Positions 41,601 to 49,708 of a DNA stretch of 64,000 nucleotides are shown here, one piece after another (positions within the stretch are counted from its first letter, which is position 1; every line of letters begins with the position of its first letter). Source of the stretch: Clostridia bacterium (GTDB taxonomy: Bacteria; Bacillota; Clostridia; Christensenellales; QALW01). Made by a program: the position numbers and the translations under genes. Location of the stretch: assembly GCA_045600705.1 (NCBI GenBank), contig JAZRYL010000042.1, forward strand, positions 45,507 to 109,506. The letters run 5' to 3'. The notes below the pieces were generated by a model that had not been told where the DNA came from, searched no databases, and worked only from the letters and a program-made list of their open reading frames with translations.

Positions 41601-42148
41601 TCAATGCAATATCAAACTACGCACACTATGCGCAGATAGCACTTGACGAAACCCATGAGGCGTACACCGTCGGCGCTGACGGAAAATATCACGGCACAGC
41701 GGCAAGAACTGCAATTACTCAGAAAACTGTTGACCAACTTTTGGACTATAAGGCAGTAAAGAATGTTGCAGGCGAATTTACCGATGTAACGGCTACTTCA
41801 CGAAGCCTTGCACTTTATGACAAAACGGCAATAATCGTTTACATTACACCTGCAAACAGCAGTTATATTCCTGATGTTAAGGTAACCGACAAGTTCGGCG
41901 AAAATGCAGATTTCACCTGCGAAAAGCAAGCAGACGGCAGATATATGGTTGTTATCTCCGGCATTGCGGCGCACATGCTGGGCAGCGGATATACAGTAGA
42001 CATTGACAACGGCAAACTGACTTACACTAACCTTTCTGCACTTTCGTATGCTTATTCAATTCTTTTAAGCAGCAACAGTGAAGCATCTAAAAATGCAGTG
42101 TCTGCATTATATGACTATTTTGTAGCCGCAGATAATTTTAAGAAGTGA
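38639..42148 (+). CDS. Large secreted protein (1169 aa) with three copies of an uncharacterised domain of about 160 aa and a C-terminal SGNH/GDSL hydrolase (carbohydrate esterase-like) domain.
   Basis: Signal peptide MKKTRFLIALMLILALVVSCLQVVSVPALA. Repeated domains contain YHxxNxTFSFETDRA...IPAGGHExVSTKNIVVDADGKILD. SGNH blocks: FIGSSSL, LGANDLG, DGMHAV. Confidence 0.6.
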   Translation: MKKTRFLIALMLILALVVSCLQVVSVPALAKSDYVAFSITNGNQYYHLIKNIFSFENRKSETFERKYNVYNPTDHDVWVQFEVIDLATWGPTAKSGEILVAAGGSTEISTGNITVDGSGKITCSTQAGNVTQIAVTAATLRVNILGSAGPTKFDNQLAEGEKIYFEPLDQAELSWYNNGTTTDATLYSSSSNAAFETRLPEVGKYIGWKISGATKCYHIMNETFSFETDRAGTTFVRSYDIYNLSDSEIHVMVELDGSWKEYAMGTQVTIPAGGHEEVSTKNIVVDADGKILDYNGANPIPLTNARIRFNIGHTSAYDGYENTDCYIVAKDEREIAWLQDNEPSGSLMGATIERVKKADLENDFPELAEFIGWKLSGATQYYHMINGTFSFETDRADSTFVRTYDVYNLSDREIYVQAELDGSWKEYAIGTRVTIPAGGHDAVSTKNIVVDADGKILDNNGANPIPLTSARIRFNIGHTSSFGDFADADCYILPRDEEELAWLQDNEPAGNLGATVKKIKMSDIGGNGGLLMKQTIDFSDPNLMISGRYTENADGSRTIGFEPYTELNFTGTSVSVNGSGSCYLEIDGVPYKVNGQYKCIALSSNKGLAENLPEGNHCVRLYAFSQRCNYTIKEFYIDLNAQTLPPEYNKTIEFIGSSSLVAYTDARDPHEEYDTNTSYMISFAYQTGKMLQNDGFRFNTVAYGGSGVVYHSSANGASADGDKDYLTMQDRYKLVHEYLGGKGNPEPTPVAAWDHSKYVPDYIALYLGANDLGQGLDVFKTNYKGFIDQLLGYYPDAVIIAMAPYNSNESYAKALESVVNEYHSMQVRYVNTLNWGVSASPTDGMHAVAADHVVLAQKLYPELQKICLTDTFEFDSKNLALENSLTFRFKGFLHDKTPADDAYMEFKIGDVRTENIPLSKATTDEKGRYVFNCHVNVLELDEKIEPIFHDGEKTVERQNPVSVTDYLEQVLANHKGGTAEDIKNVNIVNAISNYAHYAQIALDETHEAYTVGADGKYHGTAARTAITQKTVDQLLDYKAVKNVAGEFTDVTATSRSLALYDKTAIIVYITPANSSYIPDVKVTDKFGENADFTCEKQADGRYMVVISGIAAHMLGSGYTVDIDNGKLTYTNLSALSYAYSILLSSNSEASKNAVSALYDYFVAADNFKK
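39240..40180 (+). repeat. Intragenic tandem DNA repeat: two units of about 440 bp at roughly 85-90% identity inside the 1169-aa gene.
   Basis: 39240-39700 and 39730-40180 are nearly collinear (e.g. ggcagttggaaagaatatgcaatgggtactcaagtaactattcctgccggcggtcacga in both). A third, more diverged copy lies at 38750-39230. Confidence 0.7.
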
Positions 42149-42158
42149 GGGTAATAAT

Positions 42159-42290
42159 ATGAAAGCCGAAAAGAAAATGTATGAAAACCCCGAATTAGAG
42201 ATTATCGGCCTTACAAAAGAAGACGTTTTCACCAACGACAGCAGCACGAGTTGGAAAGACCCTGCAGAGCTTGAGGAAATTCCCGACTAA
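42159..42290 (+). CDS. Small ORF (43 aa) missed by the ORF track, giving an acidic peptide: MKAEKKMYENPELEIIGLTKEDVFTNDSSTSWKDPAELEEIPD.
   Basis: ATG 10 nt after the stop of the 1169-aa gene, with the RBS-like gagggtaataat upstream. It is followed by repeat elements and terminators. No Cys residues; coding status uncertain. Confidence 0.3.
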   Translation: MKAEKKMYENPELEIIGLTKEDVFTNDSSTSWKDPAELEEIPD

Positions 42291-42430
42291 ACTTACTTTT
42301 TTCTGCTTACTTTTTCTTGAAAGAAAAGGAAGCGAAAAGAACTTTTATCTCACTTCGTGACAACTTACTTTTCTTATAAGAAAAGTAAGCAAAAGAATTT
42401 TTATCTCACTTCGTGGCAATAGAATAAATT
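42290..42430. repeat. Two tandem copies of the palindromic intergenic repeat family (variant with a ...tctcacttcgtgRcaa tail).
   Basis: cttactttttcttgaaagaaaaggaagcgaaaagaacttttatctcacttcgtgacaac, then cttacttttcttataagaaaagtaagcaaaagaatttttatctcacttcgtggcaatag, which is about 80% identical to the 970-1035 copy. Confidence 0.65.
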
Positions 42431-42435
42431 TTATA

Positions 42436-42467
42436 CAAAAAGGACGGTATTAAACCGTCCTTTTTCG
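42436..42467 (+). terminator. Rho-independent terminator.
   Basis: aaaaaggacggtattaaaccgtcctttttcg. Confidence 0.65.
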
Positions 42468-42659
42468 TTGCTTTTATTTATGCCAATAGCTCATTTAACC
42501 AAAAAAAGCCTCCCTTGTGCAAAGGGAGGTGTTGAGCGTAGCGAAACGGAGGGATTGTATATAAAGTATAAACAAAAGACGGTTGTTTTCATATTACCCT
42601 CAACACAATCCCTCAGTCACTTCGTGCCAGCTCCCTTTACACAAGGGAGCCTTATTATA

Positions 42660-42830
42660 TACAAAAGATTATTGTATTGCCGCAAAGCGAAATCAGCTTT
42701 CTTTTGCCTACTTTTCTTTCCCGAAAGAAAAGTACGGTGCCGCAAAGCGGAAGCAGCTTTCTTTTGCCTACTTTCCTTTCCCGAAAGAAAAGTACGGTAC
42801 CGCAAAGCGAGGCAATAAAATCTGTGATTT
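42660..42830. repeat. About 2.5 direct tandem copies (around 67 bp each) of the palindromic intergenic repeat, in inverted orientation.
   Basis: ccgcaaagcgaaatcagctttcttttgcctacttttctttcccgaaagaaaagtacggtg is repeated, with variants ccgcaaagcggaagc and ccgcaaagcgaggc. Each unit contains the palindrome cttttctttcccgaaagaaaag. Confidence 0.7.
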
Positions 42831-43011
42831 TGACGGAGAAATTGCATATAATGCAGTAATTTTTAGCAAATAAATACATATTTTTACTTGCAATATTATT
42901 TAATGTTGAGAATGAGGGCTGCAAACGAAAAATTATTACGTACTATTGACATTTTCAAATAACTGTGATATTCTTATTTCATACAATATTATTGTATATT
43001 AGGAGAGTTTT

Positions 43012-43644
43012 ATGGGACTTTTCGACACATTGAAAAAAGCGGCAACAGATGCCTTGAAAAGTAACGTTTCAAGCGCCACGAGAAAGGCGATGAATAATGT
43101 TACGACTGCCACGTCAAATGCAATCAACAAAGCGTTTACGCCTAAGGAGTCAAAAACATTTACATTTGAAGCTTTGCCGAATACTTTGGACGAAATGAAG
43201 GCACTTCCGGAAGCAACACTTGATACCCCGTTCAAGACGGCGGCTCTTTCGGTTTGCGCACTCTGCACTTTCGGCGAAAACAGAGCGGTAGCAAAGGAAA
43301 TGCTCAATTTCCTTAAGGGACCAAGTCCACTTACGCCCTCGGAGGAACAGTTTATTGCAAACAGATTTATGGACGGCAAAAAGTATATTCCCGTTTCATA
43401 TTTTGAGGGTGCAGTTCCGACCAACGATTACAAACCCAATGTTCCGTACAAAATAACGGTTATGGCAGGCCCGTATTCGTTCAAGGACCCCAACTATGCA
43501 ACACTTTTCATTAAATCCGGCGGTGCGGATTCCGAACGCCAGATAACGCTCAGAAAAAAAGGCGAAACAGGACAGTGGTTCATGTGGGAACAGTTCCTGC
43601 TTCCCGATATTCGCCAGCCTAAGTCGGCTGACCCCTGGGCATAA
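43012..43644 (+). CDS. Hypothetical protein (210 aa), first gene of the SPFH/zinc-ribbon/TPM module.
   Basis: Good RBS (aggagag). The N-terminus MGLFDTLKKAA resembles the amphipathic N-terminal helix of PspA- and SPFH-associated proteins. No recognisable catalytic motifs. Confidence 0.4.
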   Translation: MGLFDTLKKAATDALKSNVSSATRKAMNNVTTATSNAINKAFTPKESKTFTFEALPNTLDEMKALPEATLDTPFKTAALSVCALCTFGENRAVAKEMLNFLKGPSPLTPSEEQFIANRFMDGKKYIPVSYFEGAVPTNDYKPNVPYKITVMAGPYSFKDPNYATLFIKSGGADSERQITLRKKGETGQWFMWEQFLLPDIRQPKSADPWA

Positions 43645-43724
43645 CTTTTCTGCCGAAATCATCGGCTGATAAATTCATTTTATTTGAATTAAGCACTACA
43701 AATAATTTTTTATGAGGTGATATT

Positions 43725-45047
43725 ATGGGACTTATTAAAGCAGCAATCGGCGCAGTTGGCGGCAACCTTGCAGATCAGTGGAAAGAGTTCTTTTCCTGCG
43801 ATGCATTACCCGCAGACGTGCTTGTAAGACAGGGAAATAAACAAATCGGAAAACGTTCGTCAAACACAAAGGGAAGCGACAACGTTATCAGCGACGGTTC
43901 GGGAATTGCAGTTGCCGACGGTCAGTGTATGATTATCGTTGAGCAGGGCAAGGTAGTAGAAGTCTGCGCTGAACCCGGTGTGTTCACGTACAGAACAAAT
44001 CTTGCACCCAGTCTGTTTACCGGAAGCCTCGGCGAAAGCATTAAGGCAACATTTAAGGATATCGGCGCTCGTTTCACCATGGGCGGCGCTACCGGTAAGG
44101 ATCAGCGAGTTTACTATTTCAACACAAAGGAAATCGTTGACAATAAATTCGGCACGGCAAACCCCATTCCGTTCCGTGTAGTTGACAACAAAATCGGTCT
44201 TGACATCGACGTTTCTCTGAGAATGAACGGTGTATATTCATACAAGATTGCCGATCCTATTCTTTTCTACACCAACGTTTGCGGAAACGTAGGCGAAGAA
44301 TATACCCGTGAAGAAATCGACAGTCAGCTTAAAACCGAATTCGTAAGTGCTTTGCAGCCTGCATTTGCACGTCTTTCGGATATGGAAATCCGTCCCAATC
44401 AGATAATTGCTCACAACACAGAACTTGAGCAGGCTATGAACGTTTCACTTTCGGATAAGTGGGGCAATCTCCGTGGTTTGAAGGTCGTTTCGGTGGCACT
44501 TGGTTCCGTAACACTTCCCGAAGAAGATCAGCAGCTTATCAAGGACGCTCAGAGAGCCGCTATGTACAAGGATCCCACAATGGCTGCGGCGAACCTTGCA
44601 GGCGCTCAGGCAGATGCTATGCGTACTGCGGCAGGAAACACGGCAGGCGCAATGACCGGCTTTATGGGCATGGGAATGGCTATGAACGCAGGCGGCGGTA
44701 TGGCGAATATTCAAAACCTTTACGCAATGGGCCAGCAGAATCAGGCACAGCAAGCACAGCAAAATCAGTCTGCTCCGGCAGAAAACGGTTGGAAATGTTC
44801 CTGCGGTGCAACGGCTACCGGCAAGTTCTGCACAGAATGCGGAAAAGCAAAACCGGCAGACGGATGGACCTGCACCTGCGGTGCGGTAAACCAAGGCAAA
44901 TTCTGCCCCAACTGCGGCGCAAAGAAGCCTGAGGGCGCACCCTTATACCGTTGCGACAAGTGCGGATGGACTCCGGAAGATCCTCACAATCCCCCGAAAT
45001 TCTGCCCCGAATGCGGCGACGTTTTCGACGATAACGACAAACAGTAA
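43725..45047 (+). CDS. SPFH/band-7 (YdjI-like) domain protein with three C-terminal zinc-ribbon repeats.
   Basis: N-terminus MGLIKAAIGAVGGNLADQWKEF, then an SPFH-like core. The C-terminus has three CxxC...CxxC ribbons: GWKCSCGATATGKFCTECG, GWTCTCGAVNQGKFCPNCG and YRCDKCGW...KFCPECG. Confidence 0.6.
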   Translation: MGLIKAAIGAVGGNLADQWKEFFSCDALPADVLVRQGNKQIGKRSSNTKGSDNVISDGSGIAVADGQCMIIVEQGKVVEVCAEPGVFTYRTNLAPSLFTGSLGESIKATFKDIGARFTMGGATGKDQRVYYFNTKEIVDNKFGTANPIPFRVVDNKIGLDIDVSLRMNGVYSYKIADPILFYTNVCGNVGEEYTREEIDSQLKTEFVSALQPAFARLSDMEIRPNQIIAHNTELEQAMNVSLSDKWGNLRGLKVVSVALGSVTLPEEDQQLIKDAQRAAMYKDPTMAAANLAGAQADAMRTAAGNTAGAMTGFMGMGMAMNAGGGMANIQNLYAMGQQNQAQQAQQNQSAPAENGWKCSCGATATGKFCTECGKAKPADGWTCTCGAVNQGKFCPNCGAKKPEGAPLYRCDKCGWTPEDPHNPPKFCPECGDVFDDNDKQ

Positions 45048-45158
45048 TAAATAAAGAGTTATGGGCTGTTTTGTGAAATGCAAGACAGCCCTTATAATAA
45101 ATGTAGCAATCCGGTTTGAATTTTATAGGGTTGCGACAGATTATAAGGAAGTGATTAT

Positions 45159-46259
45159 ATGCCCGATATGGAACAGTACAAGTGTCCCTCCTGCGGCGGC
45201 GCTCTTGAATTTGACAGTAAGTCGCAAAAACTGAAATGTCCCTATTGCGACGGCGAATTTGATATTGAAGTATTAAATGAAATTTCCGAAGCGGAACAGA
45301 AAATCGGAACGGAAGATAAAATGGACGGCTGGCAGAACAACCAAAGCCAAAATATGTCCAATGAAGAAAATTCTTCCGTAGCCACGTATATTTGTAAGTC
45401 CTGCGGCGGCGAGGTAATAGCAAATGTGAACACGGGTGCGACTACTTGCCCGTTCTGCGGAAACAACGTTGTAATCAACGAAAAGTTTGCGGAAACACTG
45501 CGCCCCGACCTTGTTATTCCGTTCAAACTTGACAAAAAAGCCGCAAAGGAAGCATTTATCAAGCACTTGTCCGGCAAGAAACTTTTGCCGAAGTTTTTCA
45601 GGTCGGAAAACCACGTTGACGAAATCAAAGGCGTGTATGTTCCGTTCTGGCTTTACAATGCGGACGTTGACGGCGCAGTAAAATATAACGCCACGAAAGT
45701 CAGAATGTGGTCAAGCGGCAAGTATGATTACACGGAAACAAAGTATTACGAAATATACCGTGAGGGTGGAGTGGGATTTCAGAATATTCCCGTTGACGCT
45801 TCCACAAAAATGGCGGACGATTTGATGGATTCGCTTGAACCCTTCGACTTGCACGAGGCGGTGGACTTTAATACCGCTTATCTTGCAGGATATCTTGCGG
45901 ATAAATACGATGTTACCGTTGAGGAAAACATTCCACGTATAAACACGAGGGTAAAGTCAAGTACCGAGGACGTTTTCAGAGGCACGGTAACTGAATTGTA
46001 CAATACTCTTTCAGTTAAGGATTCGTATATCGACCTTAAAAACGGAAACGCAAGATATGCACTTCTGCCCGTTTGGATACTTAACACCACGTGGAAAGAT
46101 AAAAAATACGTTTTCGCAATGAACGGTCAAACGGGAAAATTCGTGGGCAATCTGCCTATGGATAAAAAACTTTATTGGAAGTATTGGCTCATATCGTTTT
46201 TGTGCGCCATTCCCATCGGCTTGATTATATCGCTGATTGTTCAGTGGATTTGCAAGTAA
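45159..46259 (+). CDS. YdjG-like zinc-ribbon protein with a C-terminal transmembrane anchor.
   Basis: N-terminal double zinc ribbons (YKCPSCGGALEF...LKCPYCDGEF; YICKSCGGEVI...TTCPFCGNNVV), a central domain of unknown function, and a C-terminal TM (YWLISFLCAIPIGLIISLIVQWI). Confidence 0.55.
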   Translation: MPDMEQYKCPSCGGALEFDSKSQKLKCPYCDGEFDIEVLNEISEAEQKIGTEDKMDGWQNNQSQNMSNEENSSVATYICKSCGGEVIANVNTGATTCPFCGNNVVINEKFAETLRPDLVIPFKLDKKAAKEAFIKHLSGKKLLPKFFRSENHVDEIKGVYVPFWLYNADVDGAVKYNATKVRMWSSGKYDYTETKYYEIYREGGVGFQNIPVDASTKMADDLMDSLEPFDLHEAVDFNTAYLAGYLADKYDVTVEENIPRINTRVKSSTEDVFRGTVTELYNTLSVKDSYIDLKNGNARYALLPVWILNTTWKDKKYVFAMNGQTGKFVGNLPMDKKLYWKYWLISFLCAIPIGLIISLIVQWICK

Positions 46260-46272
46260 GGAGGGCGAAAAA

Positions 46273-47406
46273 ATGAAAAAACTGATTTCTGTATTAGTTG
46301 CATTTGTTATCGCCGTTTCCTGCATAAGCATTTCAGCATTTGCTCTTGACGATTTGGCGCCCGGCACGTTCTTTACTGCCGAGCAGGCGGAAAAAGCCCA
46401 AAAAATAAAAGAAAAGTTCGGGTTTGACGCAATTTTCTTTTGCACCGAAGAAACCGGAAGTTTAAGCGAACTGACGCAAGACTATCTTGCAACCAACGGC
46501 ATTACCGAAAAATATCTTATTCTTTCGACTAATGATGAGTATTATTACTGCAACTGGTCAAAAGACCTTGACGGAATATTCCACAGTGCCGACAGCAGTT
46601 TTCTGTTTGAATCCGTTTGGTATGACGGAAATGGCATCGAACTTTCGCCTCAGGAAGCAGAGGACAATTTCTTTGAACTTGTTCCGAAAACCGTGGAAAA
46701 CAGAATAAACTGTCCGTATAAGTACATAAAGGACCAGGCAGATGTTCTGACAGATGAACAGGAAAAGGAACTTGAAGGAATTCTTGCTTCGTTTAGCGAA
46801 AGCAACAACGCCGATTTTGCGGTAGTGTTTGCCAACGGAATAGATAACGGCGATTATAAAAATGACGACCGTATGGCATTCGCAGACGACTATTATGATT
46901 ACAACGGTTACGCCAAGGACGGCACGTTGCTTCTTGTAAATATCGGCGCACACGGTATTTATTCACGGGGTAACAGTTGGATTTCCACTTCGGGAAAATG
47001 TATTTATTCCGTTGACGACAGCGATATTTCAAGCATAGGCTCGAAACTTACGCCGATGCTTATCAGCGGTGAATATTTTGAGGCGGTAAAAAGTTATTCG
47101 TCTATGACGGAAAAATACCTTAAACAAGATAAAAATGAGGGAATTTCTTTGGTTGCTATTATAACTATTGTTTTAAGCATTATTGTTGCATTTATTTACA
47201 CGGGAAAACTTAAAAAACAACTTAAATCCGTAAAGGATGCTACCGACGCAAACGATTATATCGTTGACGGCTCGCTGAATATTTCCCGTGCTTACGACCA
47301 TTTCCTTTATGCACACGTTACGAAAACGGCAAGGGAAAGCAGTAGCAGCAGCGGCGGTTCGCATACGTCGTCTTCCGGCTCGTCCCATGGCGGCGGCGGA
47401 TTTTAG
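46273..47406 (+). CDS. TPM-domain (YgcG/YdjH-like) membrane protein with a Gly/Ser-rich tail.
   Basis: Signal/TM MKKLISVLVAFVIAVSCISISAFA. TPM-like core (IKDQADVLTDEQEKELEGIL...ADFAVVFANG...DGTLLLVNIGAHGIYSRGNS), a TM helix, and a C-terminal SSSSSGGSHTSSSGSSHGGGGF typical of the family. The start is taken at 46273 rather than at the listed 46237. Confidence 0.6.
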   Translation: MKKLISVLVAFVIAVSCISISAFALDDLAPGTFFTAEQAEKAQKIKEKFGFDAIFFCTEETGSLSELTQDYLATNGITEKYLILSTNDEYYYCNWSKDLDGIFHSADSSFLFESVWYDGNGIELSPQEAEDNFFELVPKTVENRINCPYKYIKDQADVLTDEQEKELEGILASFSESNNADFAVVFANGIDNGDYKNDDRMAFADDYYDYNGYAKDGTLLLVNIGAHGIYSRGNSWISTSGKCIYSVDDSDISSIGSKLTPMLISGEYFEAVKSYSSMTEKYLKQDKNEGISLVAIITIVLSIIVAFIYTGKLKKQLKSVKDATDANDYIVDGSLNISRAYDHFLYAHVTKTARESSSSSGGSHTSSSGSSHGGGGF

Positions 47407-47551
47407 CATAACAATATAAGTCAAACGGCTGATGCACAAAGGCTGAACGGCAGAACAAAGCAAACCGAAACGGCTGATGCACCAATATTAAATGACAACG
47501 GCACAAAACCGAATGGCGGCTTAATAAATAACTACAAGACATTTTCTAAAG

Positions 47552-47590
47552 AAAAAATCAACAAAGCAAGTTTGTTGATTTTTTTGTTTT
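47552..47590 (+). terminator. Rho-independent terminator closing the SPFH/ZnR/TPM operon.
   Basis: atcaacaaagcaagtttgttgat followed by tttttttgtttt. Confidence 0.6.
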
Positions 47591-47791
47591 ATAAAAAGAA
47601 GAAAAAACTGTGAAATATACATATTTTGCCTGAAAAATATGGCTTGATTGACTTGACAAAAAATAAAGTGTGTTATAGAACGAATTATGATTACATAATA
47701 GCATACCTATATGCCGAAGAATAGGTTTTGGGATTTAAGTAAGTAAAAAATACTTCCCGAAAACTGTTTTTTATTTGAAAGGAGAAAGGCG

Positions 47792-48682
47792 ATGGCCGCA
47801 AAAACAAAAGGCGTAAAGATTTTAACGTCTGTTATTGGCATTATACTGTGCATTGTTTTTAGCGTTTCCCTGATCGTAAATATTGTAATAATAGTAAAGG
47901 GCTTTTCTGATCCGAATAACCCGCCGTCTGTTTTCGGCGTTGTTCCGATGGTCGTACAATCGGGTTCTATGAGTATATGGAATGATGCGGATGACCATTC
48001 GGCAGGCTATGTAGTGCATAAGGTTTTTCCGGATGAAATAGCCGATATGGACCGAGATAGCGTTACTTCGCTTAAAAAGGGCGACGTTATTTGGTCGTAT
48101 GAGGAGAAGTATAAAGTCAGAAATGAAGTTGTTGCCGTAATTGACAGCGGTGATGACGGCGTTTGGGTAAATACTGTTCGCCCTGCCGACGATCATATAG
48201 AAGTCGGTGATATGATTTTCTCCAAGAAAATTGATGCAAAGGACTTAAAAGTCGGGGATGTCATATCATATCTTGAAGACAGTGTTGTGGTAACGCACCG
48301 TATTATAAGAATTGATACTGCGGAAGACGGCACAATTGAATTCGTTACCAAGGGCGATGCAAACTTGTCTAAGGACGAAAAACCGGTTCCTCAGTCCAAG
48401 GTAATAGGAATTTACACGCTGAGAATAGCAAAAATAGGCGATCTTGCAATGTTTATGCAAAAACCGTTGGGAATGCTCTTGTTTGTGGGTGTTCCTCTGT
48501 TGGCATTCATTGTCTATGATATAATAAGAAGACAGTCTGCCGTTAGCAAAGCAGGAAGCAAGGATGCTGAAAAAGAAGAACTGGAGAGAAAGGCAGCGGA
48601 AATGCAGGCGGAGATTGAACGCTTACGCAAACTTTCCGAGAAAAAAGAAGAGAACGAAGAAAAACCTTCGGATACTCAATAA
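47792..48682 (+). CDS. sipW: SipW-type (archaeal/ER-type, S26B) signal peptidase I with a long C-terminal extension, copy 1.
   Basis: N-terminal TM, then VVQSGSMS, which corresponds to the SipW catalytic motif SGSMEP. C-terminal TM, then a charged coiled-coil tail. Confidence 0.55.
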   Translation: MAAKTKGVKILTSVIGIILCIVFSVSLIVNIVIIVKGFSDPNNPPSVFGVVPMVVQSGSMSIWNDADDHSAGYVVHKVFPDEIADMDRDSVTSLKKGDVIWSYEEKYKVRNEVVAVIDSGDDGVWVNTVRPADDHIEVGDMIFSKKIDAKDLKVGDVISYLEDSVVVTHRIIRIDTAEDGTIEFVTKGDANLSKDEKPVPQSKVIGIYTLRIAKIGDLAMFMQKPLGMLLFVGVPLLAFIVYDIIRRQSAVSKAGSKDAEKEELERKAAEMQAEIERLRKLSEKKEENEEKPSDTQ

Positions 48683-48861
48683 AATTATTATCAGTTTTTG
48701 ATGTTTTGCCGTGCCAATGCCACTGGCACGTTGTAAATACATACGGGAGTAATGTTTGCTCCCGGAAATCGGAGATTATAAGAGAGATAACATACTGCCA
48801 CGATGAATAAATATCTCAATTGTAAACTCATAGCTCTACTTTATATAGGAGGAAATCAAAA

Positions 48862-49560
48862 ATGAAAAAGAATTGGACAATGAGAGTTGCCGCTTTGATG
48901 GCTATTCTCACTCTTGCTACCAGTTGCTTTGTTGGCGGTACTTTCGCTAAATACGTAAGAACAGGCGCTGGCGATGATAATGCACGTGTTGCTAAATTCG
49001 GTGTTGGTATTACAGGAACCGGCGATTTGTTCAACACCACTTATGCAAAACATGACACCAGCTTCGGTATTGCAGCAGATTCAGTTGTTACATCACCCAC
49101 AGGAGATGGCAAAAAACTTGTTGCTCCCGGTACTGATGGCAATCTTGCCGCATTTGAACTTACCGGTATTCCCGAAGTTGCAGTTCGTGTAAGCTACACA
49201 GTAAACGATTTTACACTTACCAACTGGGCTGTCGGAACTGAATTCTATTGCCCGCTTATCATCAAGGTTGGCACCACAGAATTCTGCGGTCTTGACTATA
49301 CTGATGCTGATGATTTCATAGCAGATGTTAAAGTTGCAATCGAAGACACAACCTATGATTACGAAGCAAACACCGATTTGAGCGCACAGACTGCTGACGA
49401 TCTTGCTATTGCATGGAAATGGGTATTTGATGATTCTAAGGCTGATTATCCTGCAGGTCAGACCGACGTAAAGGATACTTACCTCGGAGACCGTGCTGCT
49501 GCAGGCGCTGCAGCTACAATCGCTCTTGAAGTTACCTGCGCAGTAACTCAGATCGACTAA
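48862..49560 (+). CDS. TasA/CalY (camelysin-like) family secreted protein with a SipW-cognate signal peptide.
   Basis: The signal peptide ends in FVGGTFAKYVRTG (compare TasA GGGTWAAFND; TIGR04088-type). Core motif LVAPGTDGNLAAFELTG matches the TasA box PG-x5-(F/V)-x-(F/L)-x-N-x-G. Confidence 0.5.
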   Translation: MKKNWTMRVAALMAILTLATSCFVGGTFAKYVRTGAGDDNARVAKFGVGITGTGDLFNTTYAKHDTSFGIAADSVVTSPTGDGKKLVAPGTDGNLAAFELTGIPEVAVRVSYTVNDFTLTNWAVGTEFYCPLIIKVGTTEFCGLDYTDADDFIADVKVAIEDTTYDYEANTDLSAQTADDLAIAWKWVFDDSKADYPAGQTDVKDTYLGDRAAAGAAATIALEVTCAVTQID

Positions 49561-49708
49561 TTGCAAAAATAATTACTTAATGTTTTTTTGCCTGCCATTG
49601 TGGCAGTGGCAGGCAAAAAATATTTCGTTTTTTGAGAAAAGTTATGTATTCTCAAAGGCAAATATATAGCTTTTCTGAAAAAATATTGCGAAAGGAAAAA
49701 ACAGCATA

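Noticed and set aside
42468-42924. Several overlapping short ORFs (42468..42818, 42583..42873, 42617..42847-, 42655..42924-, 42677..42859) and the idea that the 67-bp tandem units are a CRISPR array.
   Set aside because: The ORFs translate the tandem repeat in different frames (repetitive peptides) and overlap terminator hairpins. The tandem units are contiguous, with no unique spacers. There are only about 2.5 copies, they belong to the dispersed palindromic family, and no cas genes are nearby.
49583-49625. Strong hairpin (gcctgcca...tggcaggc) after the first TasA-like gene, considered as an intrinsic terminator.
   Set aside because: On both strands the stem is preceded by the T-tract and followed by an A-tract, which is the reverse of a canonical terminator. 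It is more likely an mRNA-stabilising or processing hairpin inside the operon. A similar tgccaNtgccactggca hairpin also precedes this gene, at 48708-48735.
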